64,000 bases of DNA from Octopus sinensis (Eukaryota), in assembly GCF_006345805.1 (NCBI RefSeq), contig NC_043014.1, positions 7,812,001 through 7,876,000 of the forward strand, read 5' to 3'. Shown piece by piece: positions 48,156-60,690 of this stretch. A program made the position numbers and the translations under genes. Position 1 is the first letter of the stretch, and each line of letters opens with the position of its first letter. The notes beneath the pieces are model-generated. The model was given only the letters and a program-made list of their open reading frames with translations, was not told the origin of the DNA and did no database searches.

Positions 48156-51100
48156 GTCCCAAAAAGATGTATACACACTTTAGCAGCTGATAACACTAAT
48201 GATGCTTTTTCCTTCTAGATGAAACCCATTTGAATTAATGATGGCAGATGGACTAAGCTTTGAACAAAGGAAATTCATTCTAAAATGCTCCTGGAAGTGT
48301 AAAACTCAGTTGAAGTGCAAAGATAGTTTAGGAGGGAGTTTCAAACAAATCCACCAACACAACTTACCCTCACTCGAATTAGAAATAAGTTCGAAGGTCG
48401 ATGGAACTATTGAGAATGTCCACGAGAATCTTTCAGGAAGACCACGAATATCGACAACCCCCAACACAACAAGGAGTGCTGGAAACGTATCACCAAAGTC
48501 CAAGAAAATCTGTGCGGCAAGCTAGTCGTGAGGTAGGTATTTCAAAATTGTCGTCTGTCCAACGCATTTTGAAGCGTTGTCAATGGAAAAGTTACGTTCC
48601 AAGATGAATTCAGTAACTCCTTCAAGCCTTAAGATTATAAGTTTGTTGTAGATGTTTGTGATTGCTGCGAGACCTTTAGTTTCTAAGTGTTTATATACGT
48701 GATGTATCTGTGGGAGAGTGCAGTTACGCTAAGCGGTCTTGTAATTGTATATTTTAGTTATGCAGAAACAGACAGATTTTGCGGAGTCTTTTCTTCTTTC
48801 ACTTTCCATCGATGATGGTACCATGTGAAATACTCTGTCTTTGCTGCAGACATTTGACAAAACGTCTCTAAACTCTTCCCTTCCTCCTATCAGATCCTTC
48901 GTCAGACACATACACCAAGTACGGGAATACTCCCGGTTGCTTTAAACCAACACTAACTGACAAGGTTCTTTCAATTTCACTCAAATATTACACCACAGAA
49001 TTTGTCCCTATACTCGCGAAACTCTTCAACATTTTACTTGCTACAGGAATGTCTCCTGATCTAAAGAAACGCGCTACAGTGTGTGTTCGACTCCTAAAAT
49101 AGAAAACACCTCTAATCCAATCAGCTATCGTCTTGTTGCACTAACTGACAAGGTTCTTTCAATTTCACTCAAATATTACACCACAGAAGGTCGATGGAAC
49201 TATTGAGAATGTCCACAACAATGATCCAGACCGAAGAGTGCAGTATTACGTGTGGTACTTGGCATGATGTGTAGAAGATGCACATTTTCCAACAAAGATT
49301 GTGTGGAATGATGAGGCTACATTCAAATGAAACAGTTCAATTGACCACTACAATTGCACCTACTGGGGGCCTGAGTATCCGCATGTTATGGCGGAACATC
49401 AAGTTAATTTACCAGGAATTATAGTGTGGTGTGGCTTATCATCAAGAGTGTTAGATGTATGTTGTTAGAGCACTTTCACTTGTTTCAGTCATTTGACTGC
49501 GGCCATGCTGGAGCACCGCCTTTTAGTCGAGCAAATCGACCCCCGGGACTTATGCGCACTTAAAATGTATTTAATACAGGAAATAACTTGTTTGCAAAGG
49601 GTTAGGGTTCCAGTACGTCTTCCTTAGGTAGCGTGAGTGTGTGTGTGTGTGTGCGTGTGTGTGTGTGTGTGCGTGTGTGTGTTTGTGTGTGTATGCGTGT
49701 GTATATTACTCTTTCTCTTTTACTCTTTTACTTGTTTCAGTCATTTGTTTCGGCCATGCTGGAGCACCGCCTTTAGTCGAGCAAATCGACCCCCGGGACT
49801 TATTCTTTGTAAGCCCAGTACTTATTCTATCGGTCTCTTTTGTCGAACCGCTAAGTGACGGCGACGTAAACACACCAGCATCGGTTGTCAAGCAATGCTA
49901 GGGGGAACAAACACAGACACACAAACACACACATACATATACACATATATACATATATACGACGGGCTTCTTTCAGTTTCCGTCTACCAAATCCACTCAC
50001 GGCATTAATCGGCCCGGGGCTATAGCAGAAGACACTTGGAACTGAACCCGGAACCATGTGGTTGGTAAGCAAGCTACTTACCACACAGCTACTCCTGCGC
50101 CTATGAGTTTTTCAGACTTAATTGTTAGATATGCGTTGTAATGTTGGTGCATGTAGTGTGTGCTGCAGGCGGTAGTTTGTAAATATTTCCTGCATTTGTT
50201 GGCGAATGCAGTGATTCATTCAGGTTCAGTTGTTAGAAGCACGTGTTAGCTTTCGGTGGAAACCGGTTTCTTCAGTCTCAAAGGTGTTTGTCGTAAATTT
50301 TGGAGAATTCAGTAACTCCTTGAAGCCTTAAGATTATAAGTTTGTTGTAGCTGTTTGTGATTGCTGCGAGACCTTTAGTTTCTAAGTGTTTATATACGTG
50401 ATGTATCTGTGGGAGAGTGCAGTTACGCTAAGCGGTCTTGTAATTGTATATTTTAGTTATGCAGAAACAGACAGATGGGGGACAAAAAAACCATCCCTTT
50501 AGGAATTTTTCATGTTCTTCTTCACCCAAAATAAATGCTCAATGTCTCTATCATTACACGAAGTTGTTGTGAAGCCGCACTGCAGCTGTTTGGGCAAAAA
50601 AGGAGGCTTACAACGCTTTGAAAATCTCTGACATTTACTAAGCAATGCAACTGTTGGAAACCACAACCCTGACTGTATGGAAGCACTCCGTCGGTTACGA
50701 TGATGAGGGTTCCGGTTGATCCGAATCAACGGAACAGCCTGCTCGTGAAATTAACGTGTAAGTGGCTGAGCACTCCACAGACACGTGTACCCTTTACGTA
50801 GTTCTCAAGGATATTCAGCGTGACACAGAGAGTGACAAGGCCGGCCCCTTGAAATACAGGTACAACAGAAACAGGAAGAAAGAGTGAGAGAAAGTTGTGG
50901 CGAAAGAGTACAGCAGGGATTACCACCATCCCCTGCCGGAGCCTCGTGGAGCTTTTAGGTGTTTTCGCTCAATAAACAGTCACAACGCCCGGTCTGGGAA
51001 TCGAAACCGCGATCTTATGACCGCGAGTCCGCTGCCCTAACCACTGGGCCATTGCGCTTCCACACAATCCTGACTACTAAAGCTGTTTTCGTACATAGCA

Positions 51101-52128
51101 CATCTCTCGAACCTTTCCACTTCCAAAACTGCATGTGGTCTTTTTGGTCACTTGCCAAAAGAATTTCCATCAATTTTGCGGAGTCTTTTCTTCTTTCACT
51201 TTCCATCGATGATGGTACCATGTGAAATACTCTGTCTTTGCTGCAGACATTTGACAAAACGTCTCTAAACTCTTTCCTTCCTCCTATCAGATCCTTCGTC
51301 AGACACATACACCAAGTACGGGAATACTCCCGGTTGCTTTAAACCAACACTAACTGACAAGGTTCTTTCAATTTCACTCAAATATTACACCACAGAATTT
51401 GTCCCTATACTCGCGAAACTCTTCAACATTTCACTTGCTACAGGAATGTATCCTGATCTAAGGAAACGCGCTACAGTGTGTGTTCGACTCCTAAAATAGA
51501 AAACACCTCTAATCCAATCAGCTATCGTCTTGTTGCACTTACTCTTAATATCTGAAAAGTAACGCAAAAATCATTAACCTTTTTCTTCTTAAAAACCTTG
51601 AATCTCTGCTCAGTGATCTCCATGGAGTAAGACCGCAATGGAGCTCGTAGTAGTATTTTACTTTAGACGTGTACTTTTAGACACATTAAACTTTCCGTGT
51701 AAATGAATTAGAAAACATATGTAAATCTATTGCTGACACACGGAATTGTAGAATAGAAATTCAACTTCAGACAGACACTTTACACGCTTGTAATAAATTT
51801 TACGAAAATTTATGCTGCTTAAACAATGCACAAGAAAATACAGTGCAACGAATTTTCTCATTCTCAGCCTCGAAATCTTTTTAGAATGTAATTGAAAACT
51901 TCTCTTTCATTCAGTATCCTGTTTTTCTCCTACCCACGTTGTATATCCTTTTATGCAGATGGTAATTAATTTCACACCACATTGAGTTAATATATATATA
52001 TATATATTATATATTTAACTCAAAACCTCAAATCTGTAAGTTAATATATATTGTAGTTCAAGCAATGTTGTACAAGCAATATCTAAGTGTTATATATATA
52101 TATATTAATATATATATATATACTATAT

Positions 52129-52182
<54 letters not shown>

Positions 52183-52288
52183 GTATATTTATATTATATA
52201 TATATATGTATATATATAACACTTAGATATTGCTAGTGTTGTTGTTTTTTTGTTTTCCCGTTGGATTAAAATTATACATATATACATA

Positions 52289-52377
<89 letters not shown>

Positions 52378-53325
52378 TAAGCAATAAAGGGTTTAGCAAC
52401 GAATTGCCTTACCACATACCGAATTTAGAAATAGCAGTCAAAGAGTTATAGCTATTTCTTCTACTAAAAAGGGAGATCTCAGTAAAAACAGCAATTGGAA
52501 GGCAGACACAAACAGGTAAGAGAGAATGAATTGACGGCAATCTATCATACAATTTTAAGTTATCTACGGACGTACGTTTCGAAATCAAGTCTTTAGGAAA
52601 GCATAAGAATTAAATATTAAATAATTCTATCTTACCAAAAACTTCTTTTCTCTTCAGCGTAGAATACTATAATCATAAATGATTATATATTGAATTTTGA
52701 GATACTAGAAGGCACCAACTCAACTCAGTATCAGAGCGAGCTAGAATCGCAACTAGTATCACCAAATTCAATGCGTGAATGAAAAGATTGTGTCACCAGC
52801 CCCTTCCCACCCGCGTGTAGCCAAAACAAGATGCTGTGGTCATCTACTGAGATAAAATATGGTTATCCGTAATAATGAAGGGTGAAATTAATTAATTTGG
52901 AATAATTATCAATTACACCAAGTAGTCTTCGGCATGTAATATATATATATATATATATACATATATACGACGGGCTTCTTTCAGTTTCCGTCTACCAAAT
53001 CCACTCACAAGACTTTGGTTGGCCCGGGGCTATAGCAGAAGACACTTGCCCAAGATTAATTGGGCCATTCTTTTTTGACGCTACTCTGACTGGTCCCGTT
53101 TATTTGAACTTGCTGCAACAGTCTGTCATGCCAAGCACTAGAGAAGACTTAAAAAATGAGGAGTTTTATTTTCAGCAAGACGGGGTACCCCCACACTACA
53201 ATTGTGATCTTTCCTTGACGAAATCTTACCAAACAGGTGAATTGGAAGAAGGGATTTCATTGAATACCCTCCATATTCACCAGACCTCACACGACTAGAC
53301 ATTTTTTATGGAGGTACCTAAAAGA
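48151..53325 (+). mobile_element. Tc1/mariner transposase pseudogene in three pieces (48151-48605, ~49215-49447, 53057-53325)
   Basis: TIR-like AGGGTGTCCCAAAAAGATG in (TA)n. Peptides FEQRKFILK..., [20 protein letters not shown]; IVWNDEATF...NC.YW...[13 protein letters not shown]; LIGPFFF...YFQQDG.PPH...WIGRR...PPYSPDLT. Confidence 0.9.
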
Positions 53326-56199
53326 CATAAGATATAATCGACTTAATCCGTTTGTCTGTCCTTGTTTGTCCTCTCTGTGTTTAGCCCCTTGAGGGTAGTA
53401 AAGAAATAGGTAAATGGAACTACTCGAACCATGCGTCTGTAGATTGGAAAACAACGATAGAGCAAGGCATCAGGCCTCGTCAGGGTGGTTTTTGATTGGC
53501 CCTAGTTGAAAATTCTCCTGTATCAGGAGAACTACATCATTCATGAGTGGAGGCGCAATGGCCCAGTGGTTAGGGCAGCGGATTCGCGGTCATAGGATCG
53601 CGGTTTCGATTCCCAGACCGGGCGTTGTGAGTGTTTATTGAGCGAAAACACCTAAAGCTCCACGAGGCTCCGGCAGGGGATGGTGGTGATCCCTGCTGTA
53701 CTCTTTCACCACAACTTTCTCTCACTCTTACTTCCTGTTTCTGTTGTACCTGTATTTCAAAGGGCCGGCCTTGTCACTCTCTGTGTCACGCTGAATATCC
53801 CCGAGAACTACGTTAAGAGTACACGTGTCTGTGGAGTGCTCAGCCACTTACACGTTAATTTCACGAGCAGGCTGTTCCGTTGATCGGATCAACCGGAACT
53901 CTCATCGTCATAACCGACGGAGTGCTTCCACCACATCGTTCATGTTTTCACATATTTTGAATATTATGTATACTTCTTTTATCTCATCTACTCTTTCTCT
54001 CCGTTACTTCATTTTTTTAATGTAAACCTGCACACAAATTGTAAAATATCCTTGTATTGTCCCCTTCATCTCACGCCAATGTGGCAAATAATACAAGTCA
54101 TTATTATTATGACCGTCAGCCTGGCAAGCCACGCCTGACCTCGCCTCGTGAATTTTAAAAGGAAAAACACATAATATATTTCTTTACTGCCCACAAGGGG
54201 CTAAACACAGAGAGGACAATCAAGGACAGACAAACAGATTAAGTCGATTATATCGACCCCAGTGCGCAACTGGTACTTATTTAATCGACCCAGAAAGGAT
54301 GAGAGGCAAAGTCGACCTCGGCGGAATTTGAACTCAGAACGTAATGGCAGACAAAATACCGCTAAGCATTTCGCCCGGCGTGCAAACGTTTCTGCTAGCT
54401 CACCGCCTTAATAGTGTATTTACACCCTTCAAGTTTATACCATCGTGGACAAGTTATTTGCTGTCGAGTGGCTGGTTTATTTTCTTGTTTTCTCCTTCAG
54501 TTTTGGGGTACAGGTCGACTGATTTTGTTTTTTAACCATGGTTGTTTGTGTTTTCTCCACCAACATAGAGAAAACACAACAAACCACGATGACGCTCATA
54601 TGTCAGAGAGAGGAAGAGAGTGAAGAGCGTCACTAAGCGTCAATGAGAGTGCGCGCCAAGTGCCAATTTTTTCAAGACAGATCTCTTAGGTCTTCAGAAA
54701 AGCAAAGGCTCCTTTTTTTGACAACATTGTTCGAAATAAAAACAGCGATTTCGAAAATGTAAACAATGCGAGCCTTTTCGTCTGTGAAGCAACGGAAGAG
54801 TTGAGTACAAGTAACAGCAGAAGAACAACAACAACAATAACAATGTCAGCAGCACTATCAACAACAACAACAACAACAATAACAATAACAATATCAAAGG
54901 TGATAATAACAAGAACAGCAGCAATGAAAGCAACATTGGAAGCACTTCGTCGGTTACGACGACGAGGGTTCCGGTTGATCCGAATCAACGGAACAGCCTG
55001 CTCGTGAAATTAACGTGTAAGTGGCTGAGCACTCCACAGACACGTGTACCCTTAACGTAGTTCTCGAGGATATTCAGCGTGACACAGAGAGTGACAAGGC
55101 CGGCCCTTTGAAATACAGGTACAACAGAAACAGGAAGTAAGAGTGAGAGAAAGTTGTGGTGAAAGAGTACAGCAGGGATCACCACCATCCCCTGCCGGAG
55201 CCTCGTGGAGCTTTTAGGTGTTTTCGCTCAATAAACACTCACAACGCCTGGTCTGGGAATCGAAACCGCGATCCTATGATCGCGAGTCCGCTGCCCTAAC
55301 CACTGGGCCATTGCGCCTCCACGAATGCAACAACAACAATGATAAAAACAATGAAGGAGCTAAGACACAAAGCGGTGCAGCAACCTGGATTAACTCTTCT
55401 AAACTTTCTTTCGCTGGAGCAACCAAGTCATCTCTTCAGGGAATACAATTCCCTGAAGAGAAATTTTTAAATGCTAAACAGCCAGTCGAGAGACACGGAA
55501 TAGGTGTAAAGTTAAATACACACCCTGAGCCAATCTAGAATACAATAAGCCGTACAGTGACGCACCGTACAAACGGTTTAAAATCAGGGAAAGTGGAAAG
55601 AGCCACAGAGGCTCAAATACAAAAAGCTTTTGGTTTCGTCTGGAATCTAAAGAAGTATATGCAGAGAGGAAGGTCTTATGGAATGGTGGACGCTCAATTC
55701 CGCACCGGGGGAGAAGCCTAACATCACTCTCTTAATCCCCCCAAAAGCGAGGAGCTGTTGTTAGTCACTTTCTACTGCGGCCAAGGACTGGCCAAAATCG
55801 TAATTCAGCAAGTGCCGCCAGAAATAGCCATTCCTTGGCTAATTGCTACAGTAACGTTAAAGACATCGAGGAAAACTCGAAAATCCTCGAAGTCTATCAG
55901 ACTAAAAACCAGAACTGGTCCGTGATGACCATAGAACGCCTCACACAAACGCCCCGCTCTTTAGTGTTAGTGAGGGATTGGAATGGAGTTTTATATGTAA
56001 GGCGGGGCTGTGTAGGTTTAGCAGATAGGAGAGGAGAGAGCAAAAGCCTCGCAACCTGCTCAGTTTTTAGTCCATGTTGCTTGTATGAGAATTTTTTTGT
56101 AAATGAACCAACTTGAAGAAAAATCTAAGGGGAGGTAATTGGTGGTTGTTATTATTCGGGAAGGGAGATGTAAACTTTTTTGTAGGGTACACTTTTCAG

Positions 56200-57864
56200 G
56201 AGAGGGTAAATTTATAGTATTCATATTATGAAGTTATAAACTCATGAGTTAAAGCAGTGAAATAGGATATGCACAAAATTGATTGTGTTCGTGAATTAAA
56301 ATATTTGCAAAATCGAAAATTGGTTATGTGCTCATATTCAGGCGTGATTTGTATTTTTTTATAAATCTTTTTTTGAATCGTTCTTGTATAGAGATTGTTT
56401 CCTTGAACGAATAGATGAGAAAACCGTGAAGTTTGGCTAGAGATACTCCACACATCTCTCTATGCGTTCGCCCAATGGTGTCTGTTTATACATTGGGAAA
56501 CGGAGCTGTTTCTTATGAAGTGTTGTTCCCCGTCTCAGTGACATCCTTTGTTTGGCCTATGTAGTTGTGTCCACACCTGAACAAATTATCACATAAATTA
56601 AATTTTCGGATGTACATGTGAACTTGGTTTTAATTGTGAATCTCTGTCCTTATTTGAAGGGAAATTCCGACCCTACCAGTGAGTTGGCGTATGTTCCACA
56701 ATTTGGCCGTCCGCATTTTTTAACTATCGGTTTCGTTGTTGTTGGGTATAGCTTCGCAATTATTAGTATTCTTTGTAGTGATTTGAGTTATCTTTCACAT
56801 TTGATAAATGTGTGTGTTTATAGAATGTGGTTCATCTTTGGATCCCAAGGAAACATTGGCAGATTTTGAAGAATGGTGTTGTATGCCTCATTGTTTCTAG
56901 GGTTGTGTGTCGATATACAGGCTAGTACTTGTAGATGAGGTGTGGCGTTTTGTTTTGTTTCCTTTGGTGTTTTGATATCTATTTTCTTGGCACGTTTATT
57001 CCCATCATCTATAAGTAAGGGTGAATAGTGTCTCTTGGCTAGTGAGGTTCTGAGGTCTTACAGTCGAAGATCCCGAGTATTTGCATCAGACACTACTGTA
57101 CAATTTTTCGCTAAATTAAAAGGAATATTTCTGTTGATGTGTTTCGGGTGGCATGAACTAAAGAGAAGATATTGTTTCGAGTCCGTTAGTTTATAATAGA
57201 TATCGGTTTCAATTTGATTGTTGATTCTTTTAATCAAAATATCAAGAAATGGGATTTGATTTTTACTGTACTTTATCTTAAATTGAATGCTTGGATTTAT
57301 ACTATTTAGTAGTGATTTAAATTCAAAACGTTTATCAGTGGTTTTATTCCAAATGATAAAGCAGTCATCTAGATAGCTTTACCATCTGTCTTATGCAGTA
57401 GTAGAATGGGGATCCATTCCATATTTTTATGGTGTTACTTCATGTATATTTTATTCTGAATATCCCATTATTAGGTTCGCAAAAACTGGGGCTGCTTTGG
57501 AAGATAAATTTTAAAGCTTCTAAAATAGATTCCTAGTTCATGCGCTTTGCAAGTTTTTCGGGAAAATTTTGCAGCCAGAATTTGATGGCTTCTATTCCAT
57601 AGTTGTGTGGGATATTGAGGTAAACCATGGTTGTCTCTTCATTAATTGTTTCAGGTAGATGCTTTAACATATCTAGATTGTCTCTAAAGAAACTTTTCAT
57701 ATATTTCAAAAGGGATTTCAGTAGGATGCCCAGAAAGTTGCTCAGATGGTGGGTCTCACACGCTGGGCCAGATAGAATGCGCCTTCACTTTAAATCTCCT
57801 GGTGCTTAGATATTAATGAACATGCCTGGTGATTGTTTATAGGCTTCTTTAACTGTCTAGCTCT

Positions 57865-57866
<2 letters not shown>
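56200..57866 (-). mobile_element. Penelope-like element, decayed RT + GIY-YIG endonuclease
   Basis: Minus strand: ILSGPACETHHLSNFLGILL, NIPHNYGIEAI, YLDDCFIIW, IPFLDILI, TDIYYK.TDSKQYLLFSSCHPKH, CGHNYIGQT. Confidence 0.9.
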
Positions 57867-57917
<51 letters not shown>

Positions 57918-57942
57918 TGATACTGATTAGAAGATCGAAAAT

Positions 57943-57986
57943 CCACCTGAAGATTGTCGGTAGCAGACATGAAACATTTGTAGTGG
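57943..57986 (+). ncRNA. Minimal type I hammerhead ribozyme motif
   Basis: CCAC-CUGAAGA-U/UGUC-GGUAGCA-GACA/U-GAAAC-AUUU-GUA-GUGG. The core is intact, stem I is 4 bp and stem III is very short. Confidence 0.7.
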
Positions 57987-58078
57987 CGGTTTATTTAATT
58001 TATATTAAAATTTTATGTATTGATTAAGTCTTTCCTTGTTTGGTTTTAAAATAGTGGTTTTGTCTCGAATTATATTAT

Positions 58079-58120
<42 letters not shown>

Positions 58121-58259
58121 ATACATATATAATATTGTATAGAGGGCATTATTACACATAAATGCCTCACACTAAGAGGGACAAAGTCATTACTACCAAA
58201 ATTATACTAATCATACCTAAATGCAGTTTTTCAAAGCAAGACATTTAAAAAATGAATTT

Positions 58260-58317
58260 AGTTCTGTATCACCGTGATTTCACATTCAACTTACGTCTTA
58301 TGATCCTCAGCAGAACT
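58260..58317 (-). ncRNA. Type I hammerhead ribozyme motif with full core
   Basis: AGUUCUG-CUGAGGA-UCAU AA GAC GUAA GUU GA AUGU-GAAA-UCAC G GUGA-UA-CAGAACU. Stem I is 7 bp, stem II is GNRA-capped, stem III is palindromic and the cleavage triplet is AUA. Confidence 0.8.
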
Positions 58318-58792
58318 GATTCTGAACACATCATAAATAAACTACCAACCTTACGTAGCGAAGACGAACAGACATCTGCTCACTCCGGCCAAGCACATGG
58401 AATGTTTATAAATCATATATCCGGTAAATGGCGGGCTTTTACAAACTGCATGTCGGGTAATAAAAAGTATTTCGGAATAAGTTTAACAATTGAGGATAAC
58501 CTCTTAATAAGGAATCTTAACAAGAAATTATCGGGTAGTTAGCGTGAAAACCTCATAAAAGAAAAGAATTCGAAAAAATTGATTAGTATAATTTTGGTAG
58601 TAATGACTTTGTCCCTCTTAGTGTGAGTCATTTATGTGTAATAATGCCCTCTATACAATATAGATATAATTAATTTGTTCAAAGGAAAAAAATTATTTTC
58701 GAATTCTTTTCTTTTATGAGGTTTTCACGCTAACTACCCGATAATTTCTTGTTAAGATTCCTTATTAAGAGGTTATCCTCAATTGTTAAACT

Positions 58793-58868
<76 letters not shown>

Positions 58869-58883
58869 TGTGTGTGTGTGTAC

Positions 58884-58921
<38 letters not shown>

Positions 58922-59099
58922 AGTTGGAGTTTACAAAAGAAAGACAAAAGACGAAGACGCGTGTGTAAACGACAAAGACATGAATTAGTTTAACGCTCGG
59001 GAAGTGAGAGTCTTTTATGTTTCGAGCCTACGCTCTTCTACAGAAACAAAGAAAGAAAGAAAGAAAGAGAGAAAGAGAGAAAGAAAGATCTTTAAATAC

Positions 59100-59340
59100 A
59101 TTCTGAAATTTTTTGAAGGCTGAGAATGGTATAAGAAAATTAGTTGCATTTTATTTCTTTGTGCATTGTTTAATCAGAATGAACTTACGTTAAATATATA
59201 TATTGAAGCGTGTGAACACTCGGTCTGAAGTTGAATTTCTATTCCGCATTTGCGTGTTTCGGTCATCAATACGCTTTAAGGTGTTTTCGTTTTAATTTAC
59301 ACGAAGACTGTAATGTGTCGAATAAATTAAAATATATTTC
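59100..59340. mobile_element. Old interspersed repeat, homologous to 45420-45680 / 51660-51900 (inverted) and 40070-40260
   Basis: Shared blocks AATAGAAATTCAACTTCAGAC, TTAAACAATGCAC and CATTCTCAGCCT. Confidence 0.65.
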
Positions 59341-60480
59341 AATGAAGTAAAATTAGTAAAAACCAGAAATTTCGGGTAGTAACCAACGAGGCCTGGTTCG
59401 ATCCTTTACGCCCGGCATATCGGAACAATATCTTCTACTCTTAACATCAGCTTGTCTAATAATACTTAGCGAGTGAAATTTTGTAGACTAACAAAGTGTG
59501 GAAGCCAGACGTCAATTATCAATATAGATATTCAGATAGTCTGGCCGAAATAAGTTGAAGCACATCACTTCAAAGTACTCGATAAATAGTTCACTGGAAT
59601 GTGGAATATATATTTCTTTACTACCCACAAGGGGCTAAACACAGAGAGCACAAACAAGGACAGACAAACGGATTAAGTTGATTATATCGACCCCAGTGCG
59701 TAACTGGTACTTATTTAATCGACCCCGAAAGAATGAAAGGTGAATTCGGCCTCGGCGGAATTTGAACTCAGAACATAACGGCAGACGAAATACCTATTTC
59801 TTTACTACCCACAAGGGGCTAAACACAGAGGGGACGAACAAGGACAGACAAACGGATTAAGTCGATTATATCGACCCCAGTGCGTAACTGGTACTTATTT
59901 AATCGACCCCGAAAGAATGAAAGGCAAAGTCGACCTCGGCGTAATTTGAACTCAGAACGTATCGGCAGATGAAATACTGCTAAGCATTTCGCCCGGCGTC
60001 CTAACGGTTCTGCCAGCTCGCCGCCATTTACCGTTACCACTTTTGTCAGTCATCCACCTTTGGTAAACTCACCGGAGGAGAGCACTTCCGGTGAACGCTT
60101 GACCAAAGAGGGAGATGTCGGTCTGCGATCCTATCAGCCTCATCCACCATATTAATTCTTTCGCCATGGCTACAAATAAGGATAATCGACCTTATTTGAA
60201 TATCTGATTAGAAATTTGTTATCCATAGCACATGAAATTGAGTAAGAACCATAAATTTGATTTATAAGAGAGCGAAAGATAATAATATACATTTTGGAGT
60301 ATGTTTTTTAATGCTAGCAGCATGTTCACTCCACCATTTATTTTCCATGCTTTTGGTTTCCTTTACAGCTTTATATTGAGCCAATAGATTATCATTTTGA
60401 CTAAGATGTTTATGCAGATTTGTTTACGCGGATAATCAACTTTGTATATGCTTATTATTATAACCAAACTAACCCATAAT

Positions 60481-60690
60481 TTTGGATTTTGTATCAGCCC
60501 CAATACTTCTTAAATGAATTAAAATCTTGTTTACCTAATAAAATTTTTTTCTTACCTTTGCACTATCAAGGCTGTTTAAGCCTTGGATTTTGGATTTTGT
60601 ATCAGCCCCAATACTTCTTAAATGAATTAAAATCTTGTTTACCTAATAAAATTTTTTTTCTTGCCTTTGCACTATCAAGGCTGTTTAAGC
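60481..60690. repeat. ~105-bp direct tandem duplication
   Basis: ttggattttgtatcagccccaatac...gctgtttaagc occurs twice. Confidence 0.92.

Noticed and set aside
55400-56120. Decayed LINE ORF1-like coding remnant (VTFYCGQGLAKIVIQQVPPEI...)
   Set aside because: It looks coding but is broken by stops, and I cannot assign a family with confidence.
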